Counted from the first letter of the stretch, positions 39,165-53,344 are shown. The stretch: 64,000 nucleotides of DNA from Eledone cirrhosa (GCA_964016885.1 OZ024742.1:275218001-275282000); one strand, 5' to 3'. Notes: generated by a model from the sequence alone, not told the origin. Numbers and translations: made by a program.

Positions 39165-39800
39165 CGAGGCTGAAAGGACTGAAGACAATCCTTCATCAAC
39201 TTTTTCAAGTTTCACTTGGAAACGAAGGTGAGGGTGGAGAGAGAAGTGCTGCCCCCTCAGTACATTTGCTGAAAGGTGGGTGAATGTGGCGAGAATGGCC
39301 CGTGTGAGTGGGCCTACTCTGGTATTGCGCCTGTAGGTGGGTAAATTTGAGGAGGAGAGGGGTACCCTTCCAGGGTGCTCTCGAAGTGTCGGGTCGTTCA
39401 GGATTGGTGGGGTAACTGAGCGAACCCTGGGTGGTCATCCCCCCTATTGGGGAATATTTCTTGTATTTTTCTTGTTACTTTGTTATTGTTATTTATATTG
39501 TTTACTCGATTTTTCTGTAAAACCCCACTGTCCCAGTCTTTTGTATTGTCCCCTATATCTCGGCCCTTGTGGCCAATAAATGAAATCATTATTATTATTT
39601 TTTTATTTTCATTGATTGAATTTTCATTTTTATTGTTTATATATATATGTTTCTATGTCTTTTTTCTTTTTCGTTTCTTATATAGATAATAAAAATCTTT
39701 ACACGCGCGAAACCCATGTCGTACCGTCCTGTACCGTCCTGTGCTGTATGTAATGTTTTTCTTGATATCAGCCCTTGTGGCCAATAAAGAAATCATTATT
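39165..39800 (+). mobile_element. Two tandem 5'-truncated Tx1 3' ends (family A-like 39165-39598; family C 39600-39800)
   Basis: ORF2 C-terminus and 3'UTRs each ending GCCCTTGTGGCCAATAAA...ATC(ATT)n. Confidence 0.88.
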
Positions 39801-41799
39801 TATAGTGTTAAAGAATATTTTTCATTTCATTTAATTTCTAAGTTGTGCTTGTTTCTTTCTACTCTCTACATCTTCTCATAACGCCCTCTTTATCTTGCTA
39901 CCCAACCTCCTTTCTGTGTTCTTCTGGCAAATATATAATGGAATGTTATCATTGTTTTTTTTTTTATCAATATTGATATTGTTGTGTGTTTGTGGATTTT
40001 TTTAATATCTATCATCACCACCATCATGGTTATTATCATCACTATCAACCCCAAAATCATCATCATCACCATCATGATCACAACCTCATCATCATCGTCA
40101 TCATAACAACCTCATCTTGATCACCATCATCATCATTATCACTATCTTCATAATTATTATACAAGTTTCCTTCGAAGTAAGCTTTACTTTAAGCCATACG
40201 CAATTGTTATTAAAAATGAAATGTGCAAATAATTAAATGAAAGGATGCACAGAATATCGCACGTAAAAAATCTTAATTAATCAAAATTTTCCTTTAAGTC
40301 GAAGAAAGTAAACAAATCATAGCGACTCCCAAATAAAGGAAATTAGGAACCAATCTCTGAAAGTTGATTTATTTGCTTATGAAGAAGGTAGTCAGATCTT
40401 GTCTATTAAACCTCAACACCAACATATTTTCGATTATTAACAAAGATTTTACGTATAAAAAATGAGTTGCGAATAATGTTTTACTGTTATAATTTACTGA
40501 AGTGATTGCGTATCCAGTTGTGCCAATTTTATTTGAGATGATAAACACATTCATTAACTGCTAATTTGTTTTTGATTCAACAGCTAGGCCGGTGTAATTC
40601 ACTAGCTTTCAATTTGTATCTGCACAACGTTATAGTATTTTTAAATTGCTATGCCCATTTCACTAATGTCATTTTTATCATGAATAATTATGCCAGGCAT
40701 ATTATGTGTTACCTGGTGGTCTGTCTGTATGCTAAACACTTATAGCATTTTCACATTGACATTTTCTAAGGCAAGCAGAGATTCATATATGTACCACATT
40801 GAGTTGAAATTGGGTGATTAGGTATGTGTACGTTAGCTTTGCTACTTGGAAACAAGTATGTTTATCTTGCATATCTTGTATATTTTGTATATCTGCATGT
40901 ATAATTTAAGTCCTTTATGTTAGAGTCCCAAGTCACTAATCAATATATAATGACTGGCACTGGAAAGGCTTCAGGATACAGACGATGTTTATATTATTTA
41001 GAATAATATTTTTACTATTTTTCAGTCTGACAAAATATTAATCCCTCAATTGCATACACATAATTTTCTACATACTGTACACGGTTTTTTCCTTCACCTT
41101 TCAGCAGGGTTAGATCATTTTGTTTTCATATATAAAGCAAACTTATCTACCTCCGTTGAGCCTAAAATCATAAGCTAGACTCGCCAATATGCCCCGTTTA
41201 TTATCCGCAAATGATATCTTAATATATTTGAAAATAGTATGGTAATACTGAGAAGACAATCAAGATGGATACCATTTGCAACTTATACTGTTATGTCTAC
41301 GAAGAGGAGATTGTGGATTAAACTGCTTCACCCCTTCCTATGTAGTGAATAAAGCTGTAAATATTTATTAACTTATTGAATGACAACTAACGTTTTGTTA
41401 AAGACAGTAATAACAGACTTAATTCTTTTTCAATTTTCAATTTAACATCTAGATAAGAATTTCGGTCAATTTTCCCATGAGATATTCATATACACCCATT
41501 CTGGCGATCATATTCCCAAACGATCTATTAAAAAATACTTTAAATAATAATTCATAAAATGCTGACTGACAGATGATAGGACAGTAATTTGTTTGTGTTG
41601 AGAAGTGTTAATGTTTATTGACAAGAAGTTTTTTGATTAATAAAAGACGGGTTAAAGCGACTAAAATGTATCATTCTGCGTTGATGTTAGCGGTTTTCGT
41701 TATTGTCAATGGGGTTTTTGGACGGCAAATTCGAGACCCTTCTGTTTCTCCCTCAATAAACTGACTACTGCGGATGGTAATGGGAGTCCTATGTAGCAA

Positions 41800-44700
41800 C
41801 AGTAACATTGACATTGCTTACAACGTGTCAATCTGCGGAGCATATAGCAGTGGCCATTTGATATAGTGGTAAACTGTGGAAGGTTTCATCCGAGCTCTTT
41901 CTGGTCATTCCTTCTGCCCTTGGTTGTTTCCGAATTCCTGACTTATATCTGATAGCAGGAAGGATGGTAATATGAAGGTGTAAATACGAAATTGTATAGG
42001 GGCAGTAGTATAAAACCTTACCTTGATTTAGTCCATTTGAGCACACATGGCATCTTGGCGTAAAACCTCTTGGTAGACAATGTTCTTTGTTTCCATCGTG
42101 GAGTGTTCGCGAAAAGACTTCCTTTGCTCCCCACCCTGGAGCAGCCTACGTATAGTTGACCGTGTGAGAAGCATGATTCTACCAAGTGAAGTCCTGCCAC
42201 CGAAAGTGTCTGCCTCTGGGACTTGTTGATAGACATGACAAAACTTATGCGAAGCGGAAATTGAAGGCGTCTGAAGCTAAACGGAATTACTGCACCTGAT
42301 GGAATGAGTGGTGTTCTGAGAACGAACACAACCTCTCCTTTTCCACACCCTGAAATAATGGTGTCTTCAACGGCGTGCTGCATTACCTTCTTTATAACCA
42401 GGCGGGTGCCATTGCAAAGTTTTTGAGGGTCCAAATTCCTAAGAAGCATTATTGGAGTTACAATTTTTAGTCCCAGTCTATGAGGAGGCAGTCAACGAGG
42501 TTCTATCGAATTGAGGAGTTCAACAGGGTAGTTTACCGCTTGGTCTTGGTCGGGGACTGTATCGACGGACTTGTAAATATGCAGCCTTCCAGGAAGAGAT
42601 TGCAACAGTTGCTCGTTGATAGCGTTCACTGTGCTGTTTTTTTGAGCTAAAATGGCTCTTTCGCATAACCAATTCACGTCTTGGTAGTTATCAGGAAGAC
42701 TGGGAAATACTTGAGCCTTGGGGTCATCGACTGTGTTGACAGTGGTACAAATCGGACTGAGTGACAATTCACCATCTCCATCGAGGGTGATCTTCCCATC
42801 GCCAATTGACAAAATATCCGAAGCAAACTCAGCTGCCAGTTGGTCGCCGTGCAGTTGGGCTCTCATGTTAGCTGTCAGGGTCAACGTTGTTACCTTTTGC
42901 CACAACGGAGAGGACTTGAGGCACGCCCGGACTTCATCTGCCCTGGTTCCCTTGGGAATAATGGGAATGGTCTGTCGGAAGTCCCCGGATTGGAGAAGGG
43001 TGACACCTACCATCGCAGTCTGGCAGTCGCTGATGTCTTCCAGAGTAGTGTCTAGTGATTCCAGGGCTCCTTTATGGGCAGTGGTACATTCTTCCCACAC
43101 TATGAGCTGACACCTTTGGAGAACCAGTCCCTCGTCCGAAGTTTGGCTAATGTTGCAGGACGGTGTTTCGGATGTTGCCAAGTTCAGGGAGAGCTTAAAG
43201 GATGAGTTCACTGTCCTACCGCCGGGTAACAAAGTTGCAGCAATATCAGAGGATGCCACGGCTAACGCGATGTCCTTGGCGATACTCTCCAGGCGATCCC
43301 GTCGGGCGTCGGAGGTCTCAGCAGCTCGGGCGGCAGCAGTTGATGCAGCATCTCCTCCCTGACGCAAGGCACGCTGTTCTGCACTCTCAGCAGCACGAGT
43401 GGCAGCAGTTGACGCATTTTCTGTTTGACGTACGGCACGCTGTTCTGCAGTCTCCGCAGCTCGAGTGGCAGCAGTTGATACAACATTTTTTTTTTAGACG
43501 CAGGTAACGCCGTTCTGCAGTCTCAGCAACTCGTGCAGCGGCTTTTAATGCAGCTTTTCATGCTTTTCGCAGGACACACTTGTCGTCATTCTCAGCAGAT
43601 CGGGCGTCGGTTTCTGATAAATCATTTATTGCCGGTCTAAGGTCACGCTGTCCGTCACTCTCAGCAGTTCGGGTAGTGGGTGTTGATACATCGTTTTGCA
43701 ATGGGCTAATAGCAGCTTCTAGGGACTGTTCATTTGCTCTCCTCCTTTGCAGTCTTTTTGAAAAGGGCGTTTTTCTTCCAAAGCAAACTCTCTTCTTTGG
43801 GGACATAGCCTAGGATATATTAAACAACAACGTATAACTTGTGGATGCAGAAAACCAGGTGCAATGGGGGATAGTAAGTTTAAGTATCTGTTCATGCTTA
43901 GGTTAGTTGATGTAGAAGAGGTTAATAGTTTTCAGTCTAAAACTCCCTCGGGTGATAGTTTAGTTGTGACCGATTGTCGAACCACCGTATGTGTATGCAT
44001 TAGTCCTTAACCCTATGCCCTTCTACCGTGCCTCAACAACTACAATTGTCCACTTAACTTAAGACAGTTTGCCGTAACACTATCCCGCCCCTCTGCACTG
44101 TATTGTCTGTACCAAGATAGATAGAAATTACCGCTTAACGCCAGCGTATGTGATTTTTAACATAGATGTGGGGATATCTTTTGGCGGGGGCTTTCTAAAA
44201 AGATCCATTATTTCTATTTATGTACGTAATGGCTTGGTACTAACACCAATAATAATGTATGCAAAGGGTAATTGATTATGTCTCAGTAAGTATTGCAAAA
44301 AAGATATTAAAGCAACTGGGGTAAGTGGGAATGTCTCAGGATTGTCAGCCAAAAAATTAGTAAATGACACTTACTGATTGAAAAATAAGCCGACCGTCGG
44401 AAAGGTATTCTCTAGTGCAATTGTTAACCTGGGCTGGCTTGGCACGCTTATATTATATATTAAAATAACATATTAAAGTTTAAGCAAAGAATCGCTGCTT
44501 TCACCCTAAGCGGGATCTTCTGAAACTAAAAAAATCAATCTGTGAACGCAGAAGTAAATATTTCGAAAAACGTTGCAACCGAAGGAAAACAGGAAGACGA
44601 TACTTTGGTTCGTGAAGACGTTCACTGGTAATGAACGGATAATAGCGAACATAATACGTCATCAATGTTTTTCAGAATGTAGTAATGCAGACAGTCAGAC

Positions 44701-44924
44701 ATACAGACAGATATTATAAGGGCTCGACGGTAATCGATAACCGGCGCCTAACACCCCTTTAACAACAGGAAATTGAAAAATAAAAGCTGCAGTTAATATA
44801 TTTACACCGCAAAGAATATATAAATGCAAGTTTGAAGTCAATCGGAATAGAAATGTGGATTTGTATAGACTTTGCAAAAATGAGGACACACACACAGACA
44901 ACTACAATTTTATATATATATAGA
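41800..44924 (-). mobile_element. Helitron, internally deleted (Rep/HUH domain missing) with decayed PIF1-type helicase; 3' end not located
   Basis: 5' end A|TCTATATATATATAAAATTGTAGTTG at 44924; N-terminal MSPKKR with helical repeats (~43300-43806); helicase motifs VASSDIAATLL, GDFRQ, LRNL..CNGTRL, SINKSQ, FSHGQLYVGCSRV (42018-43270). Confidence 0.88.
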
Positions 44925-45765
44925 TATTATATATACTGGTACATGTGTTTGCACGTATGTAGGGTGTGTGTATATGTGTACTTTGTGTTTTGGTTGACAT
45001 ACGTTTAGCGAAGATATGTGTATTACCTGTAGGTATGTGTGTGCGCGCGTTATATACGTATTTATGTGTGTATGTTTATATACGTTTATATAATCATATG
45101 TATACACGCACACATACACACATATATATATATATATTTTTTATATATATTTTTATGTGTATCCGGTGTATACGTTCGTATGTGTGCGGGTATAGGTGTT
45201 GCGCGAGTTTTTGTATGTGCGCGCGGGTTTTTGTGTACGTGCGGGAGCTTTCGCATATGCATGTTTATATTGTTGATTTCAATAACTTCTGTTATTTATT
45301 TACATTATTCTTAACTCTGAAGCCGAGAATCATTCGGTTTCCTAAATAGAATTTTAGTCGACGACTTCATTTATACCATAAACGTGGTTTTGTAATTGTT
45401 CTCACCGATCCACATAATGACGTAATATCTTCGCTTTTTTTCGTTCATTGCCAGGGAACGTCTCCACGAACCACCTAAATAGAATATTAGTCTACGACTT
45501 CTTTTATACCATAAACGTGGTTTTCTCTTTGCGTGTTTTTGTTCTCACCACTCCAAATAATGACGTATTATCTTCGCTTTTTTCTGTTCACTGCCAGGGA
45601 ACGTCTCCACTAACCAAAGTATCGTCTTTCTGTCTTCCTTCGATTGTAACGTTTTTCGAAATATTTACTTCTGCGTCCACAGATTGATTTTTTTAGTTTC
45701 AGAAGATCCCGTTAAGGGTGAAAGCAGCGATTCTTTGCTTAAAATTTAATCTGTTATTTTAATAA
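44457..45765. repeat. ~210-bp inverted repeat pair (44457-44665 / 45558-45765) plus ~135-bp tandem duplication (45345-45615)
   Basis: AAGCAAAGAATCGCTGCTTTCACCC versus GGGTGAAAGCAGCGATTCTTTGCTT; repeated unit containing TATACCATAAACGTGG and GGAACGTCTCCAC. Confidence 0.85.
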
Positions 45766-46329
45766 ATGTTTGCTCTGGGGTTCTTATATATTTGATATAT
45801 ATATATCCTTATCGAGCCCTCTTTGGATTTTAATCTTCAAATTTATTATTTTTACCATATATATATATATATATATATACGGTAGCGGACTGCCCAGGTT
45901 GCTGCCAGGTTGCCAAATGGCAAGTGGGCACCAGGGGATCCACGCTTTACTAACTATTTTTAGCAGCTCTGTTAGACCCCTGAAAAGTTTGCTTTATATT
46001 TTTCACTACCCATTTCTACAATTTCTTATTAACCTTTTCTATAGCTTTGGCCGTACAAGCAACACCTACTAATCATAGCAGCTGTTTCTAGATCCTACTG
46101 TTTTTGTTTCTCTTTTATTCATTTATCACTATCTGATTTTATACATTTTTTTTATATTTCTTTCTATTATTTTTTATTATCTTCTACTCTCATTCGAATT
46201 ACCTATTCTATAACTTCCCTCCTCCATTTTCTCCAGAACAATTTTTCGACTTTTCATACACTACCCTTAGAATCTGCCCTATGCATATCACTTTCAACGC
46301 TTGACCGGCTCCACTCACTCCCTCATTGT

Positions 46330-48200
46330 TCTACAGGCAAGTTCAGCCACCCCTACCTCCATGGGGCAGTTGGCTAGCCTGCAGGGGCTGTCATGTCTGG
46401 TGGAGTGTCTTCTGGGTAGCCGTCCGCGTAGAGAAGGTCCTGAGTGGGCTAGTTGGATATCTAGTCCCTCTCGTCTGATAGCTCTGCGGATGGCTGTTGT
46501 TGTTTCCTCACTGAAGTGTGGGAGCTTCAGGAAGCAGGTGTTAGTGCCTCGGGTGTGGTGTCCTCTGTTCTTTCTGGCACGGTTTGTGGTGGACGTCGGG
46601 TATCCGTTCAGTTTGAGTACTTCCAGGAAATCTATGGTGTGTGTGTCTCGGTCTCTAGCGTCAGTGCATTTGTTCCGGATACGTGTTAGTTCGTTCCTTA
46701 TGTATCCGAACTTAGCGCCGGCTGGGAGAGCCGATCTGAAATGTATAAAGAGGGCTCTGCTGGCGGCTTTTTTTATAGAAGCAGGTGTGGATGTTACCTT
46801 CCTCTGTTACCCTGAGTTGGAAGTCTTTTTTGCTTAGGTTTGGTTTTTGTTTATGTCTGTGTAGGTGGTGGTATGGGTAATTAGTAATGTATTCGCAGAA
46901 TTAATCGAGGAATTTGTTCTTGCCTTTTGGTGGGGAGTAGTTGCTTCTATTTCTGGCTATTGAGTCATCCTCATTGTATTTGTCCTATAGTCGCTCGCTG
47001 AGTCTTAGTTTTCTACAGAATTTTGCAATGCCTTCCTTCATTTCGGGGTAGTTTTGATCGTTGGGGAGTTGGTGTAAATTTCAGACCTTTGGAGAGTATG
47101 TTGATTTGGTCTGTTGTTAATTCTTTAGAGGTTAAATTAACGATTTTTATTACATTTTGTATTTTGTGTTATCTCGTTACCCTGTGTCTGTGTCATGTGT
47201 CTAAAAAATGACTACGGAAGTTGTGGTGGTTGTTGAAGTTTGGATGTCTCTTATGGTTGTATTGAGCCCTGCTCTTGTTGTTGTAGGGTGTGTAGATTTG
47301 ATGGACGTGGTTATAGGGGTGTGTAGTTGCGGTGGTTGTTGAAGTTAGGTTGTATCGTATGGTTGTGTTGAGCCCTGCTGTTGTAGGGTGTGTAGACTTG
47401 GTGTTAGTTGTAGTAGGGTTGGCTTATGTGGTTGTATTGAGTCCTGCTGTTGTTGTTGTATGGTGTGTAGTTATGGTGGTTGTAGTGGTTATGGTGTCTC
47501 GTGTAGTTGTATTGTCCTCTGCTGGTGTTGTTGTAGTAGAATGTGGTTAGTGGAGGAGGGTAGATTAATGTTTCCTTATAGTTGGTGTGTGGTTGTGAGA
47601 CCCTATGTGGCATGTGTGGTAGTTGTGTATTTTGAGTTCTATGTTGAATATAATGATGGTTGTGGGTTTGTTGTGTGGGGATGGTAGGGGGTTGTATTTT
47701 GGGGGGTTTCTATGGTTTCTCCTGGTGGGAGAGAAGTTGTAGTGTCTATCTTGTAGCTGATGTTTCTCTATTACTATATTTGTTGCTTGGGAATCTGTGT
47801 GGTAGCTATGTGGTGGGTGTAGGAGGTAGGGGCGAGGTGATGCCTTCTTGTTTGGTATGTGGGGAGGTATTTTTATTTTGTTGTTGTTGGTTGTTATGTG
47901 GTGTTTGGGTGGTGATTGGGTTTTCTTGTTATTTTGGTTATAATGAAAAGGTTCTTGGATGTGTGTTCGTTTTGGGAAAAGTGTTTCATAGTTAGATAAC
48001 CAAGTTTCGTTTATTTCCCAACGTTGACGGGATTTTAATTCTTCCTTATTACAGTCCTATAACCATAGTTTCGAAATATTTTCGAGGGTGATGTCTTTTT
48101 GTAGTTCTTGGAGTATCTCTTGATTGATGTTAATGAGAATGGAATCAGTTTTTGTTTTAGTTGGCATTTCGTGTGTCTCGTGTGGGAGTAAATAATAATC
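46330..48200 (-). mobile_element. Second Penelope-like family, RT core deleted, with internal degenerate tandem repeats (~47220-47550)
   Basis: Minus translation IVNLTSKELTTDQINILSKGLKFTPTP (N-terminal PLE motif) and IHFRSALP...IRNELTRIRNKC...LKLNGYP (RT thumb). Confidence 0.7.
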
Positions 48201-48230
48201 ATAAAATGTGGAGAAGGAGCACCCGAGTTG

Positions 48231-48231
<1 letters not shown>

Positions 48232-48286
<55 letters not shown>

Positions 48287-48391
48287 ATAGGGAGAGAAAG
48301 ACGATTATTAGGAAGAAAAATATATTTGATTCCTTTTATTTTTTTCTGTTTTTTCTGGGTTAGAAAATGTTTAAAACAAAATATTTCACTA

Positions 48392-48444
<53 letters not shown>

Positions 48445-48546
48445 TTATATATATATATAATTGTAAGTTGTGATGTTGCTATTCCAATATATGAACAATC
48501 GTCTGGTTGTGGAACCAACCAACCAACCGGAAATTTATAAATTCCT

Positions 48547-48610
<64 letters not shown>

Positions 48611-48770
48611 ATACTTTGGGAAGGTCATGTTGCCAATAAGAAACACACGTACATATATATATATACATGTACATATATATATACATACGCACACGGACAC
48701 CCACATGCACATACATGTACGTATGCATATGTGCTTACACACACATGCTTACACATATACATATATAAAC
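48232..48770. repeat. Cluster of (TA)n, (CT)n and (CA)n-like microsatellites
   Basis: Direct sequence. Confidence 0.9.
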
Positions 48771-49149
48771 AAAACCGTAAAATAAATATACTACTCCGTA
48801 GTTCAGCATACCTTGATCTTTTTACTTGAGTTACAATGTCTTATTCCTCGTTCGTCTGAGAATGTCTTGCTTCATTGTGAGAAATTCAATTTTCCTCTCT
48901 TATTTTATCTCTTCTTTTTTTCTGTCAAATTTCCTCTAAACTCTTGAAGAGCTAATCTGTTTCCTTCTCTGATGACAGTTCGCGTCTTTGTCTTTGATAC
49001 TCTCGATATCTTGCTCTCTGAATTTATTTTTCTTATTAATTAATTTCCTTTCTATTTCGGAGTTTTCATTCTGTGCTATTTTAAATTTTCCTTACATCAT
49101 AAATATTAATGTTAAGTTATTAATTGCATTGAAAAGGTTATCATTATTG

Positions 49150-51742
49150 TCTCACTTACCCCCATTTCCTCATCCAGCACGGCCGTACTTAGAATAGTCA
49201 GTATAAATATACGTGGCCTGGGGTCATCTTGGAAGCAGGGTCAACTGCTCAACGACCTCAGGTCACTAAACATAGATGTTGTGGCCATCAACGAGAACAG
49301 AATCTCCGAGGTACGAGCCTTCGCACCGAATCACGGCGGCTACGATGTATACGCATCTCCCAGTCGTTCGGGATCGGGAGGAGGAGTTGGTGTGCTTTTT
49401 CAGAGAGGCTTGGATCTCGCCATATGGGCCATCTTCCTGGACCCAGAAGGTAAGTCGGTGGTGCTGAACGTAACAAGCAGCGATGGCAATGCTTTCAGGC
49501 TAGTAGCCGTCTACGCCCCAACTGCTGGGGCAGGACGGCCAAATTTCTTTAGACGTCTAGAGACCTTTCTTGGAACGTCCCGCTCTTTAGTGTTAGTGGG
49601 TGACTGGAACGGTATCTTGGATGCGCGCGGGGATTACGTGGGGTTAGTAGATAGGGGAGGAGAGTGTAATAGCCTGAACAACCTGCTCAAACGTGTTCAA
49701 CTGTCTGACAGGTATAGACTGGATAATCCGAATATGCCAATGTGGACATGAGCAAATCGTATCGGATCATCCAGATCGTATTAAGATAGGGTATTCCATA
49801 GCGAAACAGATAAGTCTAGTGTAGGTTCAAAACAATTTAAAGTAGTCAACTACACGGACCACAGATTTTTTTATCTGTGAAGTTGACTTAGATAGACTCC
49901 ATAGACAAGACCCCCGTTACTGGAAGCTGAACGCGACTTTCCCGGCGCGCAAAGCTTACAGAGACCGGATTAGCGAATTAGTTAAGCGTGCGTTGACGGG
50001 TGCGATCGTCAACAACAGGGGGTGGTTTACTCTGAAAAGGCCTATTAGAGTAGAATCGATAAGGTTTAACAAAGGAGTAGAGATAGAGGAAAATAGAGTA
50101 AAGAAAGAGTTAGTTAGAAAGCTACAAGAGGCGTTGTCAGAGATAGAGCACGTGCTCAGAGTCACGAGGGGAAGAAATCCGTTCAATGGGCCCGGGTAGT
50201 GGAGGCGCGACGTGGCAACAAATCCACAATTCGGTATTTGACTGATCAAAACGGGCGCATGTTTGTCGAAACCGAGAAGTGTGCGGCTTTTCAATAGCCG
50301 TTTGCTCAATTGTTCGGGAGCGGCGGCGGGCCAGATCTAAGTATGGATTTCGGTGCATACCTCGACGGACTGACGCGGCTCTCGACGACCGCAGTACGGT
50401 GCTGCGAAAAGCCGATAACAGCAGGTGAAATACGGGAAGCGATGTCTGATTGCAAGAGAAGTGAACAGCCAGATTTGGATGGTCTGCTCTACGAGCTTTA
50501 TGCGTACATGCCAGACTTGTTCGGCGACCTCTTGGCAGACGTCTACTGCAACTGGCAGCAGAACGGAAGCATTCCCAGTTTTGTGAGCCTGGAAGCGGTG
50601 GCGCTGCCGCGGAAAGCCCGGAACAAGGGGGACGTTATACACAACTTCAGGCTCATAACTCTGCTAGACGCAGATTTCAAGATTTTGGCCAAGCTGTTAG
50701 TAAAGAGATTGGCGCTTGTCGCCTGTGATCTGATGGGAAAGGCGCAGAGATATGCCATTCCGGACAGATACATCCACGACAACCTCCATCTCATGAGATA
50801 CATCATGGAGAGGGTGGTTAAGGAACCTGGTACTGGTGGGTCCCTGATCAACTTGGATCAATCTAAAGCATTTGAGAGGCTCGACCCTCGGTATTTGGCT
50901 GCGGTCCTTGAGGCAGCCAGCTTCGGGCCCGTTTTTAGGAGCTTGATCGCTGCGATGCACAGCGACATCTGCTCGATTGTGAGGGTGAATGGTCACCTGT
51001 CGCTGCCTTTCATCATCATGCGCTCGGTCCGTTGGGTTGTCCCCTCTCGTCCTTCTTGTACGTAATGGGCCTCGAGTCATTACTGCACAAATTGGAGACC
51101 ATGAGCGTGGTTCCTCGTGAACTGGGATGTGGGAGATCCGTGTTGGCTTACTCCGACAACGTCACAGTGGTGGTGTCGAGCAGATGCTCGGCACCACTCT
51201 CAGGGAATACCAAGCGGTGACAGGAGCAAAGATAAACCACGAAAAGTCGGTGGGCTTGCAACTCGGCACCTAGTGAGGCAAGTCCATGCCGTCCATGCCG
51301 TCCAAAAGCATCGTGGAGCGCTTGACGGAAGGACCGGTTAACTTGATCGGGGTCTGGTTCGGTCCGGACCTCCAGATAGAGAAAAACGGGAGCGAGGAGA
51401 GGAACAGGGTGGTTTCTCTCACCCAGAAATGGGCCGAGAGGAGGTGGCGAATGTGTACATCACCTCCGTCATCTGCTACCGTCAGACCGTCGTACCTTGA
51501 CCCCGCCCAACTCTGACTAAAATGGAGCGCCTTCTCTTCCGCTTTTTGTGGAAGAGACGTGCTCCCATGGTCAGACGATCCATCTGCTGTCAGCATCGTT
51601 GCGTGGAGGACTGGGCATGCAATGGCTGATGATGCGCAAACAGGTGCTGAGGCTGTGATATCTCTGGCGATTCCTTGACGGTGAACATGTGTGGTCGCCG
51701 TTTGCCAGACGCGCTTTTCCCCAGCTCGTCTCCTTGACGAAG
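49150..51742 (+). mobile_element. Tx1 family C ORF2, decayed, truncated at both ends
   Basis: NIRGL, VYAP, GDWN, DQSKAF, GCPLS and YSDN fragments (ORFs 49281-49751, 50310-51065 and others). Confidence 0.9.
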
Positions 51743-52589
51743 GATAACGCTTGGAAGTTTGAATGTCTCATTGCACTAGAGTTCCTTAACCTCGAATGTT
51801 TAATGAATGTGTGTGTACATACCATCTTTACCTTAAAATGTTCGATGTTATATATCTGAATACGTGGTTGTGTATTTCGATTTCACATTGGCATATGATG
51901 TTTTCACAAACACTTATTCCGATATATAGGAGCAACGTCGAACTTGTGTGTGTGACAGTCCCGACTTTAATCGGGGGTAAATGCAGTTACTCCTTTAGAA
52001 GCCATTCCGATATCAAACCTTATATATACACTCTTCCCTACATGTCACAGTCCTGGGTGCCATTTTTACACCACGTATCACTGATCTCGTACATCAGGAC
52101 TTAGCAGAGATGATTTTCCGCCTTACTTCTCTACCCCTAGATAATGTCACTCTTACCTCGTCTGTTGTCACATGCGCGCGTGTACATTTATCCACTGGGT
52201 TCTTATGGCTCTGTTACGGTCTGAAACACACACTCTTACAGCGTTTAGAGACACACCTACCTCTACACTTAACTTCACAGTCTGTACGAACCAACAACTA
52301 ATACACACACACGCTAATATACACACATTTGCTTTCAGGTTAGTACTTACATACAGACACACATACACATATGTGCACGTGCATACATAAAAAACGTTAT
52401 TTTTTTCTTTTTCAGATAGACGCGCTCGATCACCACCTTTTAAAATATTATTTTGTTAACAAAACGCTAGCATCAAAAGTTTTACTAAAGATGGTGATAT
52501 GAATGGACCTGTTACTTTTCTCTAAAAAATTGTTTCCGTTTCCGCTACTGCCAGTCACCTAAATCTTTCTATTTCATCTTCAATATCGC

Positions 52590-52635
52590 ATTCTATTTTC
52601 TGATGAAGGATTAGCGTCCGAAAAATTAAGACTCT
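52590..52635 (+). ncRNA. Minimal hammerhead-ribozyme-like core upstream of a Penelope-like element
   Basis: CTGATGA (52600), GGA/TCC stem II, GAAA, then AATTAAGA; stem III degenerate. Confidence 0.45.
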
Positions 52636-52719
52636 TTTCCTACTATATCAAGCGTAACACTAATAATATATTTCTTCATTCTGCTGTGTCATTTGCTTTA
52701 TTTCTGTTTGATTTTTGCA

Positions 52720-52744
52720 TACACACACACACACACGCACACAC

Positions 52745-52840
<96 letters not shown>

Positions 52841-52875
52841 GTTTGTGTGTGTGTGTTTGTGTGTGTTTGTGTGTA
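52720..52875. repeat. (CA)n-(TA)n-(TG)n compound microsatellite
   Basis: Direct sequence. Confidence 0.95.
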
Positions 52876-53344
52876 TGTAATCTGGATTGAACAAGTTTAT
52901 AACTAGTTAGAGCATTACTCAACAGAGTACGCGATACCTAGGGCAGTAGAGTTGGTCTATATCTAAAGGAGTTGGGACCCGATGGCCGAGCTCTTTATAA
53001 TATATATACTCCGTTGCCAAAATAAAAAAATTAATTAAATTTATACAATTGGATATAATTAGTTACTAATCTTGTATTTCACCAACACTACTAAATAAAG
53101 TCTTAACGATCTAATTGATCTTTCTAACGATGCTTGGAAAACGATAATTGATTTCAATTGAGAATTATGGAACAGAACCGATCAACCTGGAAATTATGAC
53201 ATCACTATGAATTCCTCAGACTCGGCTCAGGTCACTGACCTTGTTTGAGGTTTTATTCTTAACTTAATTCACAGAAGATTACCTGAACTTGGCAGAGGTT
53301 TGTATCGTGATGATGCTATTTTTACCTTAATTAACCATAATAAT

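Noticed and set aside
39800-41800. Host exon or Helitron 3' terminus
   Set aside because: No convincing ORF, splice pair or minus-strand hairpin-CTAG could be assigned.
47220-47550. CRISPR-like repeat array
   Set aside because: Degenerate tandem repeats without unique spacers, inside a eukaryotic Penelope-like element; no cas genes.
51745-52200. Minus-strand Penelope GIY-YIG remnant
   Set aside because: Only faint similarity by eye; too decayed to support without a search.
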